Source: Marsupella aquatica (lineage: Eukaryota > Plantae > Marchantiophyta). From it: 64,000 nt of DNA. Below are positions 49,391 to 60,207 of the stretch, piece after piece. The stretch is taken from assembly GCA_973895155.1 (NCBI GenBank), contig OZ316892.1, positions 4,486,510 through 4,550,509 of the forward strand, given 5' to 3'. The first letter of the stretch is position 1; every line of letters starts with the position of its first letter. The notes beneath the pieces were generated by a model. The model was given only the letters and a program-made list of their open reading frames with translations. It was not told the origin of the DNA and did not search any database. The translations under genes were made by a program, and so were the position numbers.

Positions 49391-52389
49391 GCTACATTAT
49401 ATTCTCCAAAAAGTTATTTCCTCTTTGGCAAAAGTGTAGTGTGCAGCTTCTTTTAAGTGCAAAAAATTGCTAGATTCCACCTCTCCAAAAATCATTTGCC
49501 AAAGTTTTGGCAAAAGGTAACTACTAATAGGATAATGGAGGTTTGTTCTGGGTTACTAGCGAGGTCTGGTCTCCGTTACTAGCCTGTAATCATGTTACCT
49601 GAAAATGATAAAAAAACTAACCTATGGTAGCCATGAAGTTTTTCTAAGCTTAAACTGACAGATGGCAGCCATAAAGCTTTTCTAAGCTTTCTTGGAGCAA
49701 GGTTCAGGATAGAAGCCATGCTCAGACCTTCATTATATACAAGATTATTGTCCGGGAAAAAGTATATTTAGGGGCAAGAGATCATTGGAATGACAAGTAC
49801 CTCCAAAAATAGTTACACACTGGTAACTTGCATTCCTGCCAGAAATTAAGCGTAATGTGCTAGAGCTGTGGGGGTTGTGTGGAGCTTTTTTACAGTGGCG
49901 AAAGAGCCCTGGAAGTTGTGTGCAGCTTTTTTAGAAGTGGCAAAAAATTTGCTACATTCCACCACCCCAAACATTTTGTCCACTTTTGCCAAAAGGGCTG
50001 TGTGCAGTTTTTTTTATGGTACAAAAAACTCACTAGATTTCACCTCTCTAAAAAGGTTTCCCCACAATTTTGGCTAAAGTTAACTACAGTAGGTTTACTC
50101 TTCCATTAGCTAGTTTTCCACCTGGCTAGCCAAAAACCCTATCTAATGGTCCTCCTTAAATCTAGGGTGTCTAACGGTCAGAGAATGATTCAGGAAAATT
50201 AGATAAGGAACCTTCATAGGAGCCCTCTTTCACACAGGCTGACATATATACCCCACACAAGCAAATACTCAGAGCATCTTCTCTTTCACATAGACTAACA
50301 TGCGCCAACTTGCAAACCGAGAAAAACCTTAACAAGTAAGTAGGTGGTGTGTGCAGCCCTACCTGTCCATCCAGGCTTCCCTTCCTGTTACTATTTACGG
50401 ACCCCCATGAGAGGTCTCTTGCAAATTCCCGCCACGAGGTTGCACCACATCACCACAACCAGCCACAAACAGGAATGATCATACTTTTAACAATAACAAA
50501 CGTGCACATTCCTGTTTGTGGCAAAAGCAACATAATTTTTGAGCGTTTTCTTTTGTACGAGCACACACCAAGACCATCGAGAGACTCAAAACCGGCGATT
50601 ACCGCCTTGTTGAAAATCGATTTCACTTCATCAAACACACATTCCTTGGATGAACATGGGCTCCACGGATGTATTTGATATTGTGACAACAACAACAATA
50701 GTGAATTTATGGTGAACCGTGCCTCAACCACACAGAGCACTATCAGAAATTAGACAAGAAGTGCCACTACATAACCCTAATTGATTTGAAGACATAAACC
50801 ATAATGTCTTCACCAAACAACAACAAAAGACTGCCTTAGTATACTCTAGAAAATTATGAAGGGCAACCCTGACTGCAAACAGAATGATTAGGTAAACTGT
50901 AGAACAAAACTGCACTACGACATGGTAAGTTGAGGTCAAAAACTGTGTAATTCTTCAATTTAGAAGAATATTTGGTCCTGCTCATTAAGAGGGGTCCTCC
51001 TAGTAGGCAACGAAACTTTCCCAATAGTCCTAGTAGGTAACAAAACTTTCATAGAGGCCATCACATAAAAATGTTTTGCTAGGGGTCCCATCAAGCATAT
51101 ACCTCTTATTCTTCCATGGACACTTTCCATATAGTACAGTCCTCAATCCTATAACAAACCTGAAATTATTTAGCTAGCTAAATGATAACTTTATAAGTGC
51201 AAAATACTTAATAAGTGTGTTTTGTACTCAAACTAAGAAAGGTTGTACACTTATTAGTAACCACATAATCCAATGACATTGCATTTACTGATAAGTGCAC
51301 ACCCTTTCTTAGTAGACGAAAACCTGCACTTATGGACACCTAAGACATCAGTAGCACACTGGAGGCAGCAGAGGAACATCTATCCCACTTGGACAGCCCA
51401 AATCTGCAAAGAAGGCATTCTCTGAATACAATCCTACCATGTTACAAAATATGATAGGGAGTATAAATTCAGGACAACCCAATCAGAGTCTTTCATCTAG
51501 TTTGTTGTTGCTCTTGTAATCATCTACAGGATGGACGGAATTCTTCCGCTTTGCAGCTATTCACTAATCAATGTTTCCAATTGCTTATCGGCCATGTTTG
51601 CAAAATTGCTTCTACAAACCTGAAAAAAGCTCACTTGATTCTCCTATACTTGAAACTAAAGTGTCCAAATATTTCCTTATAATTTTCAGGGGGTAGATGA
51701 TTTCTCTGTATCAAGTTGTTGTACTATAGGTTTGCTTCATCCCATTTATTGAGTGCCTGTTATTGGGCTCATTGTTCATCGAATCCTTCTGGATCAACTC
51801 AATTAGAAGCAAAATGTCAAATTCACACCATATTTGCAGGCTTGGCAGCACGTGCAACTTATGGAGAGTTGTGCAAGAACTTACGATTGCTGCTGCTAAG
51901 AAAGAGATACCCCTTTCTCTTATACTGTTTTGACAACTAAGATGTTTGGCATTTCTGGGTGGCTAGGACCCAAAACGACGTAGTGCAACCAAGGTCATCT
52001 CCAATCATCTGGTTGGATTCTTAGCTTCTCCTCTATTCTATCCTCATGCTCTTTTCATACGCAGGACATTATCAGCAAACTATACGGCAGAAAACTCAGT
52101 ATTGACTGAAATGGTCTTGAGCTAGTGTTCGACGACTTCTTCTGGCCATTGTCAAGTGTTGATCAATATGCAGCAAATTTTGTCACGTACTTGAGTTCCA
52201 GGCACTACCATCAAGGTGAAGTGCGATGGTGAATCATCCTGGATCAAAATTGGACACTTTTAAGGTAATACAATGTAAATATGAGTACAATAGTTTCAGT
52301 TACACACAACAGCTCAAGTTCACTGGACTCAAGTCATGAAAACATTCATCTGTAACAACAGAAACATTTATTATTTGTAACCCAATAGT

Positions 52390-52979
52390 AGGGCTTGAGT
52401 CTTAGGGCTTGAGTCTTCTGCTTTTAGTCCCATCTGCAATGATCATAAGTATATTGTAAGAATGCCTAAATTTACAGTTCAGTTAAATTGCGATGTCTAG
52501 ATAAATACTGGGTCAAAAATTCAATGCACTGGTCTTCTTTCCAATCCAATCAAATAACAAAAAATAGAAAACATAACAAAGAAGGTTGTCTATTCTTCCA
52601 ATGTGTCTGTAATGCACGTCCGATTGAACACGCACCAACAAAAATTGAGAGCTGAAGTTAGGTGAACAGGTACCTGCAGTGGAGAATCACCAGCTTCTGA
52701 TTTCAAGCCTGTTACAGAACATCCCATGATAAGGCCATGTCTTCTCACACCCATGTACAACTTGGGTCCAATCCTCTTTATTTTGACATCGGTGAAACCT
52801 GCCCTGGTAAACCATGTCAGGTATTCCCCTTTTGTGGGAAAGAGCATCCGTGCATCTGAGAGAAACCTCAAGAGCCAGAAAGTGGGATGCACAGGACCGA
52901 TCAAGCATGCCTTGCCCCCAATTTTAAGACTTTGTAGGCCTCTTTGATGCCTCTTTGTGGATCTGGCTAGTACTCTATG
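52390..52979 (-). pseudogene. VTE3: Isolated fragment of MPBQ/MSBQ methyltransferase (VTE3/APG1)
   Basis: Exon 52674-52979 reads IEY*PDPQRGIKEAY.../GKACLIGPVHPTFW..F..MLFP...KRIGPK.Y.GVRRHGLIMGCSVTG.K..AGDSPLQ. It has a premature TAG (52967-52969), a 1-nt frameshift near 52922 and an acceptor reading CAA instead of CAG. The intron and the start of the next exon (MGLKAED, from 52433) are retained. Confidence 0.9.
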
Positions 52980-54205
52980 TTGAACAAGACAGAAATCACT
53001 GATTCAGTCCTTCTAATTAATGAGCTCATAATTTGTATCTAAGAAGAAAGTGACCATCCCACATAGAACAAACACATCCAAAGTTCACTACAAGAATTTC
53101 AAGTGCACCTCCAAGCAGACACATATCAGTCAGCATCTGGTAATTACTCTTTGGCTGCCTAGAACAGTCATCCTAAACTATAATACACAGTTGTGCCACT
53201 TTTTAGAGTGGTCGTCATTCAAATTTGGGGCACAAAAATTAAAAAATATGGTCAAAGGTTAGCAATAAGACCAAAGTGTGAATTGAGTTTAGTGTGACTC
53301 ACAAAAAGTTGCACCAGTGCCCAAGACAAGCAAGAATAATCACACGAGACCCCAAAAAGAAATTGAAAGACTTTAACACAATGTACAAGCTAGGATCAAT
53401 GAGGGATATGCTCAATAGACCCCCTCCAGGAGAAACTTTACTTGATCAGCCCCCTCCAAACTTTTTTGCCCCAATCAGCCCCCTCATTATGGCCCGTACC
53501 CTTTTCTCCCGTGTAAGCCAGTTTCCCCCGTGTAAAGGCCATACTGCACAGTTGGGAGCCATGCCACCACGCAGGGTCGCCTCCCACAGTCGACCATGAG
53601 ACTCCGCTGCAGTAGGGCTGCAACTACGTGGTTTTGCGTTCTCGCACTATGGTCCCTTATGAGCGTGAATACTTCATGGTTTATGTCTTCAACAAAATTT
53701 CTGTTTAGGGCGCACATTGTCGGGGCGCACATTGTCGGGGTGGTTTAGGGTCAAGCGCGCAGTAATCAGGCAACAGGACCTCGTAATTAGAAGTCAAAAT
53801 CGGGCATTTGCCCATCCACGCCGCCACTATCAACATTAGGGTTATGTTACGCGAATGCAAATACATTGACATGATTGTATTCTATTTGTAAACTGATCTC
53901 CATAATTTTTTAATATCCTCCCATCCCAACTTTTGTCCATGCTCGATAACAAGTACACTCAACTTTCCACGAGGCGCACGGCGCACGGTGCACGCACCTG
54001 CCACCATCGATTGCAGAGGAAAACAAGGTACTACTGTGCAGATGTTAGAATGTGTAAACTGAAGGCACAAACAATGTTAGGAAACGACGTCAGTTCATGG
54101 GCTGTAGAGCCCTTTCGCATGTGGCTTAGTAAATGTTTTTGAGCTTTACGTTAAATGGACATGACTAACCTCTGCACAGTACTCATATGCACATTGAAGT
54201 ACAGG

Positions 54206-57200
54206 ATGGCAAATGATGTAAGTGACATCAATCTTTGGCGTCGAGGGGATGTCTGTGAGGTGGACATTCCCGATTCTGACAGGCAATCACCACAAAGAGC
54301 AAGGCGGGGAACAACACGAAGACATCTGAAAAATCTGAAATCAATCCTGGATGGGAAGAGTCCCGAAGAAGGTGAATCTACTGTGCTTCAAGTTAGTATT
54401 TGGAGGATTTGTTTGGCTTAAGTATGAAGTTGCTCCCGTATGAATCATAAGTTTTGCACTGTTGAAGTGGAGAGCTCCCATAGACGTTCTTCATTATGTA
54501 TTCTACAATGCTCTTGGCAGTGGAAGCAGAGGCGGCTCGCATTCATCTGGGCGAGCGTTTTAACAATTTTGATGAATTTGATAGATGTTTGGACTCGTGG
54601 GCTGTCATGCATGGCCGAGTAGTGTATAGACTTAAAACCTCCCCCAATTTTCGAACAAGGGTTTGCCGATTTAGTAAGATTGCTCATCGACATGAAAGGA
54701 AGTCAAGTGGTGACATTAGACCTGGGCCAGACAGTTTTGAATGTAGTGATAGTTCAGAAGATGAAGATTCACTATATATCCATGAATTGGATGATGAACA
54801 TGAACATGAATTAGATTGGCACTATAACAGTCGTTACGGTGAGTATAGTGGGTTCCGTGATAGAGGAATGACATCCGAACCAAGGGGGACACGAAGGACA
54901 CACAATGCCTATGCAGAACCATTATTGACAGCGGAAGAGGTAAAGCTTTTGAAGAGTCCATACCTATATCATTGTGGTTTTTTTGAAGGGTTAGAAATGT
55001 AATACTTGTCACTCTGTGTTTTGATGCATGGTATGTTTGTGCTGCCATTGCAGATGGAAGACCGTGAGTTTCAAATTGCTATTCAACAGATGGCAGGATC
55101 AACAAACCAGTCTGGAGCAATCGTTCTCACAAATGCTCCACAGGTATACCTAAACCGGAATGTCTTCTTTGCATTTTACCATCAATGTTTTGTATACGAC
55201 GTCATGAGTGTCTTCTATGTTTCATATAAACATCCCCATTGTGGTGTGTATTTTGTATACAATGACACCACTGTCTTTTGTGTTTCCATATACAATAACA
55301 TGAATATGTTCTGTGTGGATTGCAATAGGAGGTTCGTGCACCCCTTGGACCTCTGGATCCAAATTGTCTCTAGAGGAACACAACGATGGCAAAGAAACCA
55401 CGCACAGTAGTGCAGCATAGCAGTGTGTGGCTACCTGGGTCACATGCCCCTGGCACGGTAAAAGTCAGGAAGATATCTACCACAGGAGTATGTGGGGAGT
55501 TTTCTAGGTTTAGGCCCCCGCCAGAGTACGATGAAGATGGTTTTGATTGTTCAGCCTACTGCCCATTCAGGGTCCGATGTCACAGGCAAGCTCACAGCGG
55601 GGCTCATATCATTACTGTGTGTGAGCTGAAACACAATTGTCCAGCATCTAAACACAAGTGGAGGGGCCCAACACAAAAGGCAGTGTGGTTAGGAGACACA
55701 CTGGCGCCTAGAGTGTGTAGAAATCTGAAGGTGCCGGTCAAAGAACTACTCTATGGATTTCAAGGGGATTATAAAAAGAACAGCACTTACCACCAAATGT
55801 GGCGAGCAAAAGACTATGTACGGGATCTGCACCTTGGTGGGCAGGAAGACACGTTTCAAATGATTCCGGCATTAATTGCCAGGGTGAGAGAGACTGACCC
55901 TGGTGCAGTGGCAGTCTGGTCCCCAATGGAAAACTCCAACTTTTTCTGTCGAGCATTCATTTGCCCATCAGCTACACGAAAAGCATGTACCTACATTCAA
56001 CCTCTCATCTCTCTTGATGCATGTCATACAAAGAACAGGAAGTACCCCACTCAACTGTTCTTAGCTACATGTTTGGATGGAAATGGCCAAGGATTGATTC
56101 TATGTTACGCAGTAGCTCCAGTTGAGAACACAGATAATTGGATCTGGTTTCTGGAATTGGTAGATAGATCACTCTACGACATTGAATTGCCTCACATGCC
56201 ACTCATATCAGACCGACAGAAAGGCCTACTTGCCGCTGTGAGTTACGTGTGGCCAGGTAAGATACATGCAGCATGTGCAAACCACCTGAGAGCTAATGTC
56301 AAGAACAGGCATGGCAAGGCAGCAGCAGATATTTTTACAGGATGCATATATGCCAACGATGAAAGACAGTAAGTCCAAAAACCTTCATTGCTTTGATTCT
56401 ACATACATTTGACTTCTTATGTATACACCGCATACTCAGTGTTCAATACAATAATTATATTACCTCTCCTCGAATACAGAATGTGAAGTACATATCACTC
56501 ACGCAAATGTTTTCTCTGTGTATGACATGATTGTATACATTAACATCAATGTTTTCCCTGTGCACTTGTATCAGATTTGAAGCATGTTTGAAGCGACTGG
56601 CAGAGTCCGTCAAGGCATATGAGAATGCAAATGTTGTAGACTACATCAGAAGTTTTGATGCAAAACTTTATGCCAGGCATGCCTTTCCACTTCCCCGCAT
56701 GGCAAAGGTTACAAGCAACCCTGCTGAGCAAGCAAATTCAGGCTTACTCCCCTTACGCGAATTTGCTCCTTGCAAGTTGATGGAGCGCATGTGGGTATAT
56801 GTTCAGCAAAAGTTTAAAGAAAGGAAAGTAGCTGCTTTGACGAGACAGGAAGTACTCACTATTCCAGCCCTGCTCAGGTACAACAAGAATCTCAAGACGT
56901 TTGGTCAATGGCAGGTAATCTTCATGCCTGGTCTGTGTATGCATTACTAGCTACGTGTTCTGTATATACTGTAACATCAATGTCTTCTTAATAGCTCGGT
57001 GTTGAATTAAAATACACTAGTATGAATGTATTCTTTATTTGAATAGTTTAGTAATTATATCCAAGTTTTCATATGCTCAGGTGTTTGATGATGGTGCGTC
57101 CACAGCCAAGGTTCAAACTACATCCCAAAGTGAGGAGTATCTAGTGTCACTGTCACCAAAGAAATGTTGCACTTGTTGGGAGCTGCAAGAGATGGTGTGG

Positions 57201-58092
57201 CCATGTGAGCATATAATGGCTTGGGATGACCAGGAAGGCAGAAATTTTTCTGCTCATTTTCACAAATGTTGGCGGACTGCTTCAATTAGGGCCTTGTATG
57301 ACAATGTTTTACCTAGCTTTATTGTATCAGACTTAATGCCAAGTCCAAATTGTGTTGCTCTTGTGGCTGCTGTGAAAAGGGGCAGACATAGAATGGTCCG
57401 CATCGAACAGGGTCGTGGAGGGAGGCATCCACCTAGGGCTCTTGGAGAAGGCGAAGAATCAGTGATTGACTCCCTTGGACAACTGTTCTTGAGATATCCA
57501 CTAGATGATGATCCAAACAGGGTGGAACCTTTTTCAACAGCAAACACTATTGCTGGACTTCCAATTGTTCTTGTTCAATCGAGGGCAAAGAAAGCGGGGC
57601 CTAACACTGGGAAGTGCAGGTGCAGTAAGTGTGGGCAGGTTGGACATAACCGAAGATCTTGTGATAAAGTCCATAGTGTGACGCCAACAGATCCAGCAAG
57701 AGTAAGGATTCCAACATTAACAGTCTTCTTACAAGTATATATCATTACTTGTGGGCTTCATGCATGTGTGGTCTCATGCTAGGGACAAATTTTAAAATTG
57801 CCTCCATATGTAGGTGGATAATGGTGATGCAGTCAATTTGGAGCACCCACCTGTGTCACCCTTTCCTTGGGAAGACCAACTACCGCAGACTGAATATAGT
57901 ATTGAATCGACCGCACCAACAGCAGGCACAGGACCAATCCAGAGCATTGTATCTCAGCCCCTTCTCCAAAATAGTGAACAACAATTGCCACAAGCTTTCA
58001 TTGATAGGTGCATGGAATTGGCCAATGAGGCTGCAATAGAGTGTCAGGGATTTGGGTCACAATATCATGTTGATATTACTGAACCTTACTAG
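54206..58092 (+). CDS. MuDRA-like Mutator transposase, ~969 aa, 7 exons
   Basis: Exons 54206-54371, 54521-54939, 55054-55143, 55374-56368, 56575-56914, 57081-57701 and 57814-58092 join in frame. MuDR N-terminal motif GERFNNFDEF..SWAV; catalytic ISLDACH, ISDRQKGL, CANH and TSNPAEQAN; SWIM CTCWELQEMVWPCEH; zinc knuckle CSKCGQVGHNRRSC. Confidence 0.9.
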
Positions 58093-58593
58093 TTACTTAT
58101 TTACTGAACTTTGGTTGTGCATCAAAACAGACTCTTGTCACTTTTTTCCACCATTATTCTTTGATGAATACAACATATTCATGTTGTCTTTCCGTTTATC
58201 TTCCATCCTTGCACTTGAAGACAGCGACCATGTTGTCTTCTTAACTTCCTTCATTGTTATTGAAGACATTGACCATAATGTCTTCAAATTTGAATCTACT
58301 TCCGCAATGATATTGGCGCGCGGGACCGTTGGTCGACATTGAGTGTTCCATGGAGAATGTGCGCGTTTTGCGAGCGAACTAAAGCGGAGTCTTTGAAGTC
58401 ATCCACGTGAGTGACAACAAAGGGAGGAGGTCTTAGGAGACCAGTGTAGTAGAGGACGGACAGGACAGCACTGCAGCGCCAGAGAGAGGGGTCTGAGTAG
58501 ATTGTGCAGCGCCCGAGAGCGCCAGAGAGAGCAAGAGCACCAGGGACAGGAGAGCGACAACGAGAGCGCCAAGGATAGGATTGCCATTTGGCA

Positions 58594-59325
58594 ATGGCAA
58601 AGTTCAACGAAGGCAGTGTTGGTTTTGTAGTTCAGTTGTTTTGGGCATTGGGGTTCGCCATATGGACCGTATTTGCAGGTTTGAGTGCACTACTCTTCTT
58701 CCTCCATCGCATGTTGGAACGGATTTTGTGTTTGTCTTCAGTGTGGAATCGAGATAGGCTGCCTCCCCTTGCTCAAAGTACAGCGCCATCAAAATCAGAG
58801 GGTCACGATTCCCCTGTAGTGGCTGTTGTTGGGCCACCAAAACCTGTATTGGCTCGGCGCCAGGGTGCTAATGCAGGTCCATCTTTGTCAGCCTCACAAG
58901 CACAATTGGTTGACGTTGTGCAAACTCAGCCTGCCACAAGGGTGAAATTACAATCACAGACTTTGTCCTCTCGCTCTAAGTCAATTGCTCTTCCATACAA
59001 TTGTGATCTAGGCTCTACCTCAAAGAAGAAATGGTATGCCATTGCTAGGGGGCGCAGTCCTGGAATATATCGTACTTGGGAGGAGGCAGAATGTCAGGTG
59101 AGCGGATTCAGTGGAGCTAGTCACAAGTCTTTTAGGTCCCATTCTGAGGCGGAGGCATGGCTTCAACGACAATTTAGTGCAATGGGTGCACAATGGAGGG
59201 CTCCTATCAAAGCAGATGGTCATAGAGTTAATGTTGAGTTGCTGGGAGTAGATGAGTCTGGGCATGAAGTATTTAGGTGCACCTGTTGTGGGGAAGTATT
59301 TTGTAGCAATGAGCTCTTGACTTAG
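58594..59325 (+). CDS. Intronless protein: N-terminal hydrophobic helix, low-complexity linker, RNase H1 N-terminal / caulimovirus viroplasmin (Cauli_VI) hybrid-binding domain, C-terminal Cys cluster
   Basis: KKKWYAIARGRSPGIYRTWEEAECQVSGFSGASHKSFRSHSEAEAWL matches the HBD consensus (YAVxxGRxxGIYxxWxECxxQVxGFxGAxHKSFxTxxEAxxF). Ends HEVFRCTCCGEVFC. No RNase H catalytic domain follows. Confidence 0.85.
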   Translation: MAKFNEGSVGFVVQLFWALGFAIWTVFAGLSALLFFLHRMLERILCLSSVWNRDRLPPLAQSTAPSKSEGHDSPVVAVVGPPKPVLARRQGANAGPSLSASQAQLVDVVQTQPATRVKLQSQTLSSRSKSIALPYNCDLGSTSKKKWYAIARGRSPGIYRTWEEAECQVSGFSGASHKSFRSHSEAEAWLQRQFSAMGAQWRAPIKADGHRVNVELLGVDESGHEVFRCTCCGEVFCSNELLT

Positions 59326-59559
59326 TTTACACCACAGTGGTAACAAGTTCAAATAATAGCTCACAAGAAGTAGCAATTGCAATTTTGATTTAGTTGCAGA
59401 CATTGAAGTCTGCAATAGCATTGTACTCCAACAATTTAGAGATGTTCTACAAATTTTGAAACTATTTTGCAGTTGTCATGTGCATCTTGTGTGAAACCAC
59501 TAGTGTTGGCCATTTACGTACCCCCGCTCAAATTTCTTCTTGAAGCAGAATCGAATATC

Positions 59560-59940
59560 CTACCGTTGGAAAAATGGCTAAGTGTGGTGCGAAGACTATA
59601 TGGACAATGTCTTCCAAAACTCACAACATCCACCATTTACCCCTGCTCAAATGGCTTCTTCAAGCAAAATATCCTGTCGTTGGAAAAATGGCTAAGTGTG
59701 GTGCGAAGACTATATGGACAATGTCTTCCAAAACCCACAACATCCACGGTCATTTACCCCTGCTCAAATGGCTTCTTCAAGCAAAATATCCTGTCGTTGG
59801 AAAAATGGCTAAGTGTGGTGCGAAGACTATATGGACAATGTCTTCCAAAACCCACAACATCCACGGTCATTTACCCCTGCTCAAATGGCTTCTTCAAGCA
59901 AAATATCCTGTCGACAATGTGGACAATGTCTTCCAAAACT
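59560..59940. repeat. Tandem repeat, 3 x 120-123 bp, between the convergent genes
   Basis: GTTGGAAAAATGGCTAAGTGTGGTGCGAAGACTATATGGACAATGTCTTCCAAAAC.CACAACATCCAC...CATTTACCCCTGCTCAAATGGCTTCTTCAAGCAAAATATCCTGTC, near-identical copies. Confidence 0.95.
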
Positions 59941-60207
59941 GAAGGTGCAAACTGAAGGTAGTATCCAGCAGAATGAATAACTTTTATACATCAGAACACA
60001 GTGAATGCAACTTGCTTTTTATTCATAAATGTTTCCAGTACAAGTTGCAAGTCGAGTTGTGACCTTGCAGTGTAGATGTATCACGGGCCTCCTTGCCTTC
60101 CAATGAAGCTACATTGTATTTGAAGCTACCTCAAGCTACATTGCATCTAAAGACCATTGAAGCTACCACAAAAATGGCTTAGTACCACACGGGAAGGGTG
60201 TCCACGC

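Noticed and set aside
59467-59955. 162-aa and 122-aa repetitive ORFs
   Set aside because: They are by-products of a tandem repeat whose unit length is a multiple of 3, with no recognisable domain.
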